Shown: positions 26,939-36,593 of the stretch, one piece after another
How the letters are laid out: every line of letters starts with the position of its first letter
How positions within the stretch are numbered: position 1 is the stretch's first letter
Made by a program: the position numbers and the translations under genes
Notes under the pieces: model-generated
What the model was told of the DNA's origin: nothing
Database searches by the model: none
The model's input: the letters and a program-made list of their open reading frames with translations, nothing else
Assembly: GCA_023336815.1 (NCBI GenBank)
Contig: JAMBLJ010000054.1
Span: 1-52,849 of the forward strand
Reading direction: 5' to 3'
DNA length: 52,849 bases
DNA from: Actinomycetes bacterium
GTDB taxonomy: Bacteria > Actinomycetota > Acidimicrobiia > Spongiisociales > UBA5794

Positions 26939-27523
26939 GTGAACGGACGTAGACAGATCATCGCGGGCGTCGCTTTGATCCTGATCGGCCTTGTTGTAAC
27001 CATTGGTGCATCGGTTGTAGTGCACATGGCGGAGGCCCCCGAATTCGACGACCTTGGCCGCGAGCTGTTCGCGGGTGTTCCCAGGGGATGGCAGGTCGCG
27101 ACGCTTGCTCAGATCGTCGCCCTCGGCGGTGTGATCATCTCGCTTGCCGGTGCTACATACGGGTTCTTGTGGCAACAACCTCTGACATGGGCGCGGGCAA
27201 TGCTCGGTGCGCTGCTTTTCGCTTCCCTGATGTTCGTTATCTTTGCGATTGTCCCGAATCAGTTCCTGACGCTGACACAGGCGACGCTGGAATGGACACC
27301 ACAGAAAACGTTCCTTGTGGTCCCTCCCATCGTGGCGTTGAACAACGAGATCTCGCTTTCCTATGCAGCGCTCAAGGACATGATCTCGGCCGGGTATGCG
27401 ACAACGATGCTGATCCTCATTCCGGTCATCATGTACAAGTGGCAGGAGCGTGCGAAAACTCAGGACGCCCCGAAACCAGATCCCGTATCTGACTACGGCA
27501 GACCCCTGCGCGTGGATCGCTGA
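26939..27523 (+). CDS. Hypothetical 4-TM protein, first gene of the bc operon
   Basis: 194 aa, hydrophobic, C-terminal SDYGRPL; coupled to the ferredoxin gene. Confidence 0.75.
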   Translation: MNGRRQIIAGVALILIGLVVTIGASVVVHMAEAPEFDDLGRELFAGVPRGWQVATLAQIVALGGVIISLAGATYGFLWQQPLTWARAMLGALLFASLMFVIFAIVPNQFLTLTQATLEWTPQKTFLVVPPIVALNNEISLSYAALKDMISAGYATTMLILIPVIMYKWQERAKTQDAPKPDPVSDYGRPLRVDR

Positions 27524-27966
27524 TGGCGAAGGAAGTCTGGCTCGAAACGCCACCGATGCGGGATGACTATCAACTCGCGCTCGTGGACACGGAGTACATG
27601 AACGCGGCTGTGAAACCCAAGCAGTTCATCCACATCAATGAATCCGAATGCATTCTGTGTGCCGGATGCGTCGACATCTGCCCCTGGAAATGCATTCAAC
27701 TTCTCTCGCCAGATATCGTCACCGAAGCGATTGGTGTTGACGACCCGAACGACAACGAGGAGAACGGCGCCGTGTTCGTCATCGACGACACCGAGTGCAC
27801 CAGATGCAAGTTGTGCGTCGATCGATGTCCCACCAACGTCATAACCATCGGTAAATTCGGTGGTTCATTGGTAGCCAGTTCTGATGCGTTCGACGCTGCA
27901 CCGTGGGAATACGATTCTGGCACAAGAGATACCAAGAGTGGCGTCGCGTATGGCGTGCGCTGGTAG
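27523..27966 (+). CDS. 2x[4Fe-4S] ferredoxin
   Basis: CILCAGCVDICP and CTRCKLCVDRCP. Confidence 0.9.
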   Translation: MAKEVWLETPPMRDDYQLALVDTEYMNAAVKPKQFIHINESECILCAGCVDICPWKCIQLLSPDIVTEAIGVDDPNDNEENGAVFVIDDTECTRCKLCVDRCPTNVITIGKFGGSLVASSDAFDAAPWEYDSGTRDTKSGVAYGVRW

Positions 27967-27981
27967 GAAGAGGAGAACGAG

Positions 27982-28758
27982 TTGGTAGACGGCAACGGCA
28001 GGACGAGCGTCAAGGACGCTGTCACCGGAATGGGAGACCATGTCCGGAACTCTCAGGTGTGGAACTCGATCTTCCGCCCTGGTTCGCCGATGCGTGCGGA
28101 TGGGGGAGACTCGCCGAGGAACCGTGCCTACGTTGTCATGAACAACGTTCTCTACCACCTGCATCCAGTCAAGGTAAAGCGACATGGCGTCCGCCTGTCC
28201 TACACGCTGTGTCTCGGAGGGCTGAGCTTCTTCCTCTTCATCCTTCTGACGGTCACAGGGATCTTCCTGATGTTCTACTACCGACCGACGTCACCCCAGG
28301 CGTACTTCGATCTTCAGGCTCTTGCAACAGATGTAGCGTTCGGGCAACTCGTTCGCAATATGCACAGGTGGGGCGCACACATCATGGTGCTGACTGTGTT
28401 CCTGCACATGGCTCGTGTGTTCTACCACGGTGCGTACAAGCCACCACGGGAATTCAACTGGGTTGTTGGCATCGTTCTGTTGCTGTTGACGCTTCTGCTG
28501 TCGTTCACCGGCTACCTACTCCCATGGGACCAACTCGCTCTTTGGGCTGTCACTGTTGGTTCGAATATGGCTGCGTATACCCCCGTATTCGGCAACCAGG
28601 TGACGTTCGCGCTCATCGGGGGTATACAGATCACCGCGGACACCCTTCTGCGCTGGTACGTGCTTCACGTGTTGTTCCTCCCGTTCATCATCACCATCTT
28701 TATGGCCGTCCATTTCTGGCGGGTCCGTAAAGATGGCGGCATCTCAGGTCCGCTGTAA
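27982..28758 (+). CDS. Cytochrome b6-type subunit (PetB/QcrB-like) of menaquinol:cytochrome c reductase
   Basis: CLGG, MHRWGAH...[17 protein letters not shown]-x14-H. Confidence 0.92.
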   Translation: MVDGNGRTSVKDAVTGMGDHVRNSQVWNSIFRPGSPMRADGGDSPRNRAYVVMNNVLYHLHPVKVKRHGVRLSYTLCLGGLSFFLFILLTVTGIFLMFYYRPTSPQAYFDLQALATDVAFGQLVRNMHRWGAHIMVLTVFLHMARVFYHGAYKPPREFNWVVGIVLLLLTLLLSFTGYLLPWDQLALWAVTVGSNMAAYTPVFGNQVTFALIGGIQITADTLLRWYVLHVLFLPFIITIFMAVHFWRVRKDGGISGPL

Positions 28759-28767
28759 GGAGACACC

Positions 28768-29625
28768 GTGGCACAGCTTCCAGATCATCTCCTCAAACGG
28801 GCCGCCGAGGCCAGAGCGAAAGCAGAAGGCCGAACGGTCGACGACGTCATGGCTGAGATGAAGGGCGAACCGGCCGCAGCTTCGCCGTCGCCTGCAGCCG
28901 CCGTGACATCGGGTCCTGGCAGGGATCTCGATGCTGAGGCTGCAACGTACGGTGTTCCCCGACCGCTCCTCGAACGATCGATGTTCGCCCGTGCAAGAAT
29001 GGACGGCACGGCCGTACCCGCAATGGCCGGCGCACCTGCAGCCGCACCTGCAGCCACGGCATCCGCAGCAGCGGCTCCCGCGGCCGCTGCGCCGACAGGT
29101 CCGCCACCGGGTGTGAGAACACAACGTCTCCTCACTGTGGTCAAAGCAGGGGCGATTCAGGGCACCACCAAGGAACCCGCAGACAAGGTCAACGTGTGGC
29201 CGCACCTGCTGGCAATCGAATTCGTGGCGTTGTTGGCTATGTCCGCTTTCCTCTTCTTGCTGTCAGCGCTGATGGATGCACCGCTTCTCGAGTTCGCAAA
29301 CTTCAACGAGCAGCCGAACCCATCCAAGGCGCCGTGGTACTTCCTGGGACTCCAGGAGCTGCTCGCGTACTTCGATCCTCAGGTCGCCGGTGTGATCATT
29401 CCTGGGTTCGGTATTGCCGCACTAGCATTTATCCCGTACATCGATCGAAACCCGTCGGTGCGTCCTTCGAATCGCAAACTTGCGATCTCGTTGTTCACGG
29501 TGTTCTTTATGGGTGCAGCTGTGTTGACGATCTTCGGCTCGTTCTTTCGCGGACCGGGCTTTAACTTCGTATTTCCCTGGACCGATGGGATATTCTTTGA
29601 CGACCTGCTAGCGATTCTCGAATGA
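28768..29625 (+). CDS. Subunit IV (PetD-like) with N-terminal repeat extension
   Basis: VWPHLL, PNPSKAPWYFLGLQE, PYIDRNP, 3 TM. Confidence 0.88.
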   Translation: MAQLPDHLLKRAAEARAKAEGRTVDDVMAEMKGEPAAASPSPAAAVTSGPGRDLDAEAATYGVPRPLLERSMFARARMDGTAVPAMAGAPAAAPAATASAAAAPAAAAPTGPPPGVRTQRLLTVVKAGAIQGTTKEPADKVNVWPHLLAIEFVALLAMSAFLFLLSALMDAPLLEFANFNEQPNPSKAPWYFLGLQELLAYFDPQVAGVIIPGFGIAALAFIPYIDRNPSVRPSNRKLAISLFTVFFMGAAVLTIFGSFFRGPGFNFVFPWTDGIFFDDLLAILE

Positions 29626-29632
29626 GGCACCC

Positions 29633-30493
29633 ATGAGCGCCACTGCAATCTTCGTTCTCATCATCCTCGCAGCTGCTGCCATGGTCGTTGTAGCGATCGT
29701 TGCTGTTGCCAGCAGTCGGTCGGACACCGATGGTGCCGCGACGGCAGGCGAGCTGGATCGCAAGGCTGCCAGGGCCGACAAGGCGCGACGCAAGGCCAAG
29801 ATCGAAGTCGCCGCCGCATCCGGCGGTCCCGGCCGAGAGACGACCGTGATGTTGGTCGATCCCGCTGCGGAGTACGAGACCGCAGTACCGCTCGAGGAGA
29901 TCTCCGCCGTGGAATACGGTGTGACAAGACGCAAGTTCTTCAATCGGGCGATAGGTGCCGTTTTCGGTCTTTTCATGTTGCAGTTCGCCCTTGCCGGATT
30001 GGCGTTTTTCTGGCCGAAGCTCAAAGGCGGTTTCGGGACACCGATCAAAGCTGGCGATGTGAGCACCCTCAAGTCAGAGGTGCTCGTTGCTGGAAAGATC
30101 GTGCCCAAGTTCGTTCCGGCTGCCCAAGCCTGGATCGTTCCCTTCGACATGAGCAACCTGGAGGGTTCGTCCTATGAGGAGGTGCCCTTCGTTGTTGTTG
30201 GTGGCGAATCAGACGGCATCGGTCTTATGGCGCTGTGGCAGCGATGTGTCCATCTTGGATGCCGTGTGCCGTCCTGCGAGTCGTCACAGGGGTTCGAATG
30301 CCCGTGCCATGGTTCGAAGTACAACGGCCATGGCGAATATGCGGCTGGCCCCGCACCGCGGAACCTGGATCGGTTCGGCGTATCGATCGACAGCGCGGGT
30401 GAGCTCGTGATCGACACGGGAACGGTTGTGCAGACAGCACGTGCGAAGGTGTACACAGTTGCGTATCCACAGGGTCCGTTCTGTGTTGGTTGA
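29633..30493 (+). CDS. Rieske iron-sulfur subunit
   Basis: Internal Tat motif TRRKFF, CVHLGC, CPCHGS, GPAPRNL. Confidence 0.93.
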   Translation: MSATAIFVLIILAAAAMVVVAIVAVASSRSDTDGAATAGELDRKAARADKARRKAKIEVAAASGGPGRETTVMLVDPAAEYETAVPLEEISAVEYGVTRRKFFNRAIGAVFGLFMLQFALAGLAFFWPKLKGGFGTPIKAGDVSTLKSEVLVAGKIVPKFVPAAQAWIVPFDMSNLEGSSYEEVPFVVVGGESDGIGLMALWQRCVHLGCRVPSCESSQGFECPCHGSKYNGHGEYAAGPAPRNLDRFGVSIDSAGELVIDTGTVVQTARAKVYTVAYPQGPFCVG

Positions 30494-30517
30494 TGGACTG
30501 AAAAAGGTGATGGGTCA

Positions 30518-32149
30518 GTGATTTCAACAGGTATACATCTAGCGGCACTCGTGCTCGCAACCGGCGAGGACGCCGGAGTGGTGTCGAGCGGTTCAGGGCT
30601 TGGTGTTGGTGCTCTGGCCCTCATGGCCGTGGTCGTTCTTCTCCTCGGTTGGATGGCGTATCTTTACATCAACTCCCGTCGCAGCGCCGCGGCCGCTCAG
30701 GATCCAGCTCCGCCGAACCTGTCTCCCCCTGCCTCGGACGATGAACTCGAGAACCGCAAACTGACACGAGTCCTGCGTGCGGCTCTCTTCGGCAGCGCAT
30801 TGCTTGCTATCGCTCTCCCCTGGTACGCCATCAACGAACCGGATCGTCAAGACACCGCGGCCGAGTCGATCCTCGAAGAAGATGTCGAGGCTGGTGCCCA
30901 CTGGTTCAGTGTCGACGGGTTCGCATGTGCCCAGTGTCACGGTCCTACCGCGGGTGGTGGAGCCGCCCCCTTCACGGAAGCTCGGAGCGGCGTTGATGTC
31001 TCCTGGGCGGTTCCGTCTCTGGACGATGTGCTGTTCCGATACTCCGAAGAAGAAGTGAAGTTCTGGATCGTCTTCGGTCGCGATGGAACCCCGATGCCGG
31101 CCAATGGCCTTGAAGGGGGAGGGGCGATGACGGTCCAGGAGGTCGATCAGACCATCGAGTATCTGAAGTCCATCCAACTCAGTCAGGTTGATGCCTTTGC
31201 TAAGTCAGAGTCGACCGTCGATCTTGCCCTGAAAGCGATCGAAGGCGGAGAAGCTAGGGCACGATCCCTCATCAACCTTCAGCAAGCGGATATCGATGCG
31301 GTGAACGCCGCACCTGACAAGCTCGCGGTGACCGGTTCCTTCGCAGATGATGTCAAGGATCTCCTTCAGGCGCCGGGAACGTGTACAGCTGCATCAGCGA
31401 AGCTCGTGGACACAACGTGCGAAGATCCCGGCGAAGACAGTGATCGGGATGGCCTGACAGATGACGCTGAGAAGGCACTGACAGAAATCGCATCGGTTTC
31501 CATGGAGACTCTCGTTGTTCCCGTCGCATCACAGAACGACGAAGGGATCACCGAATACTCGTTCGAAGCCAATGAGCAGTACGCGTTGAGGTACGACCCC
31601 TTCGTAGCATTCACGAACATCGACCCGGATTCGAGGAACCCCGCACCGGATCTCGACATGGCGGCGGTACTGCTCGAGCACCTCGAGACCGATCTCCTGC
31701 TCGTCGGCGTGACGGCCGATCGTCAGGATCAGTTCCTCGAGGGGTTGAATTCCGGTATGGCCTTTCTCGAGCAGTCTCTCGCTGACCAGCTCTGGAATAT
31801 CGACTACGCGACCGTCGCCACCAACATGGATGTTTCGGAGGCCGATGCACAACGCGGTGTTGGACTCTTCAACTCATATTGTGCGCGGTGTCACACCGGT
31901 GGCTATTCCGCAGGAGCTCCATTCGAACAAGGGGCTGGCACCGGTGCGTGGGGACCGTCACTTCTCGATGGGCGGGCCGAAGGCCAGTTTCCTACCATCG
32001 ATGACCAGGTTGCATTCGTCATGACAGGATCTGACAACGGCGAACGGTACGGCGTCAACGGTCTCGGTACGGGCCGGATGCCCGGATTCGGCCAGGTGCT
32101 GTCCGTCTCAGACATCGAGCTCATCGTGAAGTACGAAAGGACACTCTGA
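30518..32149 (+). CDS. Membrane-anchored dihaem cytochrome c
   Basis: CAQCH...MPA and CARCH...MPGF; N-terminal TMs; start uncertain. Confidence 0.88.
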   Translation: MISTGIHLAALVLATGEDAGVVSSGSGLGVGALALMAVVVLLLGWMAYLYINSRRSAAAAQDPAPPNLSPPASDDELENRKLTRVLRAALFGSALLAIALPWYAINEPDRQDTAAESILEEDVEAGAHWFSVDGFACAQCHGPTAGGGAAPFTEARSGVDVSWAVPSLDDVLFRYSEEEVKFWIVFGRDGTPMPANGLEGGGAMTVQEVDQTIEYLKSIQLSQVDAFAKSESTVDLALKAIEGGEARARSLINLQQADIDAVNAAPDKLAVTGSFADDVKDLLQAPGTCTAASAKLVDTTCEDPGEDSDRDGLTDDAEKALTEIASVSMETLVVPVASQNDEGITEYSFEANEQYALRYDPFVAFTNIDPDSRNPAPDLDMAAVLLEHLETDLLLVGVTADRQDQFLEGLNSGMAFLEQSLADQLWNIDYATVATNMDVSEADAQRGVGLFNSYCARCHTGGYSAGAPFEQGAGTGAWGPSLLDGRAEGQFPTIDDQVAFVMTGSDNGERYGVNGLGTGRMPGFGQVLSVSDIELIVKYERTL

Positions 32150-32670
32150 TGGGGTACCTCCGCACACGCACCCGACGTCTGGGTTCCCAGGAATCCGGAA
32201 TCTCGAAGCTCGAGACTCTTGGTCTGATCGCGTTCATCCTCGCCCTCCTCGCAATGGTCCCCTTTATTCGCAACTGGGTGATCAACGCTATCGGTGTTGT
32301 CTTTGGTCAGGTCGACGAAGATACGGGCGAGATCAACGACTTCTCGACTGCAATGCGTGGTTTCGCCATCGTGGGCGGTGCCGTGATCGTGTTCATCGGC
32401 TCGGGTGCTTTGCTGTTGTGGACGAACCTTGGAAAACGTCTTGCTTTCCTGATCACAGGCGCTGCGACGTTCGGTTGGCTCACGATCAACGGAGTTCTCT
32501 TCGTTGTGTACGCACCCCGAGGAATTCGTCCCACGAACCTCGAGGGACTCAACTCGATTCAGGTGCGCCTTCCCGCTCTCGCCATGACCCTGGGATCGTT
32601 CGTCCTGTTCTTGATGTTCACCCTCGCCCTCGCACGCTACGAATCGGACATGAGCGCCGAAGAGGCGTAG
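32149..32670 (+). CDS. Hypothetical membrane protein, last gene of the bc operon
   Basis: 173 aa, 4 TM, TNLGKRLAFLI; coupled to the upstream stop. Confidence 0.75.
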   Translation: MGYLRTRTRRLGSQESGISKLETLGLIAFILALLAMVPFIRNWVINAIGVVFGQVDEDTGEINDFSTAMRGFAIVGGAVIVFIGSGALLLWTNLGKRLAFLITGAATFGWLTINGVLFVVYAPRGIRPTNLEGLNSIQVRLPALAMTLGSFVLFLMFTLALARYESDMSAEEA

Positions 32671-32690
32671 GCAGGGAAGAAGGGGAAGAG

Positions 32691-32954
32691 GTATTCCGTA
32701 ATACGTATTACGTAGTAGGTACGACGACTCGGACACCAATGCAGGCCGCTTCGCGGATCGCACTATGTCGCGTGTCATACGTGAAATAGGTCCGTCGTAA
32801 GAGACTCGAGGTGGCGGCAGTGCCAGCTGTCCGGCCGTTCGCACTTCGTCATACGTACTACGTAATACGAATCCACCACGAGTGCTCACCTGGCTACACG
32901 CCTCACCAGTCCGAGTTACGTCATTCGTACTACGTCATACGTATTGCGCAATAC
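32691..32954. repeat. Three GTACTAC/GTCATAC heptamer tracts
   Basis: 32691-32725 (5 units), 32841-32868 (4), 32913-32954 (6). Confidence 0.8.
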
Positions 32955-32966
32955 CTCCGCCTCGCA

Positions 32967-33587
32967 TCAACCTGAGTTGCGATGGAAGGCGAGGATGCCG
33001 AGTTCCGTCGACAGATCAACCCTTCGAATGAATACCTCGTCGGATGTCTGAAGTATCGTCGGTGCGAGATTCAAGATGGATGTGACCCCCGCCTCCGCGA
33101 GTCTGTTCGCGACGGACTGTGCTGCGCTTGCGGGTGTGGCGATGATGCCGATCTCTATGCCCCGCTCCTTGACGATATCGGCAAGTCGATTGGCTGATTC
33201 GATCTTCAGACCATCTACCGGGTCTCCGATCTTGTCGTTGTCAATGTCGACCACTGCAACGACGTCGAACCCCCACGCATCGAAACCTTTGTAGTTCGTC
33301 AGGGCGGAACCAAGGTTCCCGGCACCAACGATCACGACCGGGTACGTACGTGTCAGGCCAAGCACCTTGCGGATCTGGCTTCGTAGCTCGCGAATGTCAT
33401 ACCCGACACCACGTGTTCCATAGCTACCGAGATACGAAAAGTCCTTGCGGACCTGTGCGCTGTTGACCCCGGCGGCGATGGCGAGTTGCTCTGACGAACA
33501 CTTGGCCTCACTGTCGACCATGTCTGTGAGACAGTGCAAGTACCTGGGTAGGCGGGCCACCGTGGCTTGGGGAATCGTACCCTTCAT
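32967..33587 (-). CDS. rex: Redox-sensing transcriptional repressor Rex
   Basis: IPQATVARLPRY, QVRKDFSYLGSYGTRGVGY, GAGNLG; start MKGT, 7 nt after TAGGCT. Confidence 0.95.
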   Translation of the reverse strand: MKGTIPQATVARLPRYLHCLTDMVDSEAKCSSEQLAIAAGVNSAQVRKDFSYLGSYGTRGVGYDIRELRSQIRKVLGLTRTYPVVIVGAGNLGSALTNYKGFDAWGFDVVAVVDIDNDKIGDPVDGLKIESANRLADIVKERGIEIGIIATPASAAQSVANRLAEAGVTSILNLAPTILQTSDEVFIRRVDLSTELGILAFHRNSG

Positions 33588-33699
33588 CGCAATAAGCCTA
33601 CGAAGCGCGGTGTGTTGACGTGTATCGGGAAGCCCTTCGTTCCTGACTTTGGTACTGCGTGATTTCTGATGGGTCCAGAGGGTCGGTAACCTCACAACC

Positions 33700-34122
33700 A
33701 TGGAGCTTGTCGACTATCTGCCTATTGCTCTTCTCACGTTGCTCGGCATTGCGTTTGCTGGAGTTTCACTCGTTCTCGCCCGAGTGCTTGCACCTTCGAA
33801 CCCGACACCTGAGAAGCTGGCTCCGTACGAGTGCGGTATCGTTCCGCTTCAGGAACCAGTGCAGCGTTTCCCCGTCAAGTTCTACCTCGTTGCGATGTTG
33901 TTCGTCATTTTCGATGTTGAGATCATCTTCCTTTTCCTATGGGCTGTTCGCATGGATCAGTTCGGCTGGGCGGGGATCGCGACGGTGGTGGCGTTCATGC
34001 TCATGCTCATCGAAACGCTTGCATACGCCTGGAAACGTGGCGCGTTGGACTGGAACGTCTCACATCGGACGCGTACACGTCGGGTTGTTGCGCCTGAGGC
34101 CACGATCGAGAAGGCCGCCTGA
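33700..34122 (+). CDS. nuoA: NADH-quinone oxidoreductase subunit A
   Basis: [26 protein letters not shown]. Confidence 0.95.
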   Translation: MELVDYLPIALLTLLGIAFAGVSLVLARVLAPSNPTPEKLAPYECGIVPLQEPVQRFPVKFYLVAMLFVIFDVEIIFLFLWAVRMDQFGWAGIATVVAFMLMLIETLAYAWKRGALDWNVSHRTRTRRVVAPEATIEKAA

Positions 34123-34607
34123 TGGCTGGCGTGGCCTCTGATCCCGGATTCCTCATGTCCACGATGGAAAAAGGTGTCAACTGGGCCAGGACACGCTCCA
34201 TGTGGCCTGCGACGTTCGGTCTGGCGTGTTGTGCCATTGAGATGATGGGGACTGGCGCTGCGCACAACGACCTCTCGAGATTCGGCATGGAGGTGTTTCG
34301 CGCCTCACCCCGCCAGGCCGATCTCATGATCGTTGCTGGCCGCGTGTCCCAGAAGATGGCACCCGTTCTGCGGCAGGTGTACGACCAGATGGCGGAACCG
34401 AAGTGGGTCATCTCGATGGGCGCCTGTGCTTCCTCTGGTGGGATGTTCAACAACTACGCCCTCGTTCAGGGTGTCGATGAGGTAGTACCTGTCGATATCT
34501 ATGTTCCCGGATGCCCGCCAGGACCACAGTCGCTGATGCACGGCATTCTCACCCTCCACGAGAAGATCATGTCCGGGGAGATCCAGCGATCGACCGGTCT
34601 GGTATGA
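34122..34607 (+). CDS. nuoB: NADH-quinone oxidoreductase subunit B
   Basis: [20 protein letters not shown]. Confidence 0.97.
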   Translation: MAGVASDPGFLMSTMEKGVNWARTRSMWPATFGLACCAIEMMGTGAAHNDLSRFGMEVFRASPRQADLMIVAGRVSQKMAPVLRQVYDQMAEPKWVISMGACASSGGMFNNYALVQGVDEVVPVDIYVPGCPPGPQSLMHGILTLHEKIMSGEIQRSTGLV

Positions 34608-34608
34608 C

Positions 34609-35169
34609 ATGACAGACGAGATCATGCCTCCCGAAGAATCAGCTGCAGAGGAGCGCGACTCGGTTCGGCGCGCTCTACCCGAAGTTGCGAGCATCGCGAG
34701 CCTGTTCGCCGCGTTCGAGGACGCAACCTTCGAGGTACGGTCGTATGCGTCGAGCGATGTGAGATATCACACGATCGATGTGCCCGTCGACGACTGGGTA
34801 GCGTTCGCGCGATCGGCAAAGGATGTTGGATTCGATACGTTCGTGGATCTTGCTGCGGTGGATCACTTCGCTGACGCTCCACGTTTCGAGGTAGCTCTGA
34901 ACCTGATCTCGATGGTCGAGAAGGAACGCATCATCATCTCCACTCGCGTCGCGTACGACGTTGCTTCGGTTCCAACCGTGACCGACGTGTTCGTTGGTGC
35001 GAACTTCTACGAACGCGAGGCGTACGACCTCTTTGGAATCGATTTTCCGGGACATCCGGACCTGACTCGAATCCTGATGCCTGACGACTGGGAGGGTCAC
35101 CCGCTTCGCAAGGATTACGACATTGGTGCCGTGCCGGTGGAGTTCAAGGCCGGGAGTCTCGATCTGTGA
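34609..35169 (+). CDS. nuoC: NADH-quinone oxidoreductase subunit C
   Basis: [18 protein letters not shown]. Confidence 0.95.
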   Translation: MTDEIMPPEESAAEERDSVRRALPEVASIASLFAAFEDATFEVRSYASSDVRYHTIDVPVDDWVAFARSAKDVGFDTFVDLAAVDHFADAPRFEVALNLISMVEKERIIISTRVAYDVASVPTVTDVFVGANFYEREAYDLFGIDFPGHPDLTRILMPDDWEGHPLRKDYDIGAVPVEFKAGSLDL

Positions 35170-36593
35170 CGGACACACCAGACACAACAGCCCCCGTGGA
35201 GGACCCGGCACCTATCGGTCCGGATGCATCGGTTGCCTTTAGCGTGGAAGACGAACGGCGAAAGCAGCACGAGATCTGGGTTTCGGGCACAGAGGAACGG
35301 ATGCCGTTCGCCAGTGCTACCAATGAAGGTGCTCAGGAGCTCTTGCCTCGCGACCAGGATCCGGCTCTTGCACTCCAAACCGGCACCGCTGTCGAGGATG
35401 ATTTCATCTCGTTTGTTCCGGCGATCGACGAGGAACGGCAGATCATCAACATGGGCCCACAACACCCATCGACCCACGGCGTGCTGCGGCTTCAAGTGGA
35501 GCTCGAAGGCGAGACCGTGCGCAGGGTCAAACCCATCATCGGGTATCTGCACACTGGCATGGAGAAGACCGCAGAGACGCTGACCTACGCCCAGGGTTCG
35601 ACGAACGTCACACGTATGGACTACCTCTCACCGTTCCACAACGAACTTGCGTACTCGCTGACCGTTGAACAGCTCCTCGGTATCGATGTTCCTGCACGCG
35701 CTGATGCCATCAGGATCCTCATGACCGAGCTGAACAGGGTGTCGAGCCATCTGCTGTCAACGGCAACGATGGGTATGGACATCGGTGCTCTTTCGATGAT
35801 GATCTACGGGTGGCGTGAACGCGAACTCTGTCTCGACTTCTTCGAGAAGACAACCGGTCTCCGCATGAACCACAACTACATCCGGCCAGGGGGAGTAGCA
35901 GCCGAACTTCCTGACGGTTGGGAGGACGACATCGTCAGCATCATCGAGGGTGTCAACGCCGGTGTCGACGAGTACGAAGAGTTGCTCAACGAAAATCCGA
36001 TCTTTCTCGACCGCACGATTGGTGTTGGGGTGCTGACTCCTGAAGAAGTCAAACAGTACGGCATCACAGGACCGGTGGCTCGTGCATCTGGCATCGACTG
36101 GGATCTGCGCAAGGCGATGCCCTACAGCGGGATCGAAAAGTACGAGTTCGATGTCCCGACGGGTCTTCACGGTGACGTGAATGATCGATATCACCTTCGG
36201 ATCAAGGAGATCCGCGAGTCACTCAAGATCGTCCACCAGGTGCTCGAATCGATCCCTGCCGGTGACTATCGAAATCCGGACCCAAAGGTCACGCCACCCC
36301 CTCGCAAGCGCATCGATGAATCGATGGAGGCGCTGATCCACCACTTCAAGCTCTTCACATCAGGTATCGAGGTCCCACCGGGTACGGCGTACCAGTCCGT
36401 CGAGGGACCACGCGGCGAGATCGGTTGCTACCTCGTATCCAAAGGTGGAACCAAGCCGTGGCGAATGCACTGGAGGGCCCCCTCCTTTGCCGTTGTGCAG
36501 TCGTTACCTGCGATGATGTCTGACTCGCTTATCGCTGACCTGATCTCGGCGCTTGCCTCGACGGATCCTGTCCTTGGGGATGTGGACCGATGA
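35166..36593 (+). CDS. nuoD: NADH-quinone oxidoreductase subunit D (acidic N-terminal extension)
   Basis: [28 protein letters not shown]. Confidence 0.96.
   Translation: MTDTPDTTAPVEDPAPIGPDASVAFSVEDERRKQHEIWVSGTEERMPFASATNEGAQELLPRDQDPALALQTGTAVEDDFISFVPAIDEERQIINMGPQHPSTHGVLRLQVELEGETVRRVKPIIGYLHTGMEKTAETLTYAQGSTNVTRMDYLSPFHNELAYSLTVEQLLGIDVPARADAIRILMTELNRVSSHLLSTATMGMDIGALSMMIYGWRERELCLDFFEKTTGLRMNHNYIRPGGVAAELPDGWEDDIVSIIEGVNAGVDEYEELLNENPIFLDRTIGVGVLTPEEVKQYGITGPVARASGIDWDLRKAMPYSGIEKYEFDVPTGLHGDVNDRYHLRIKEIRESLKIVHQVLESIPAGDYRNPDPKVTPPPRKRIDESMEALIHHFKLFTSGIEVPPGTAYQSVEGPRGEIGCYLVSKGGTKPWRMHWRAPSFAVVQSLPAMMSDSLIADLISALASTDPVLGDVDR

Noticed and set aside
27982-29625. Selenite/tellurite reduction role from resemblance to ExtP/ExtQ-type proteins
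   Set aside because: No multihaem, porin or rhodanese partners; the context is core respiration.
33588-33699. Rex operator between rex and nuoA (also sought in 26721-26938)
   Set aside because: No TGTGAA-N4-TTCACA-like palindrome is visible; Rex control is plausible but unsupported by the sequence.
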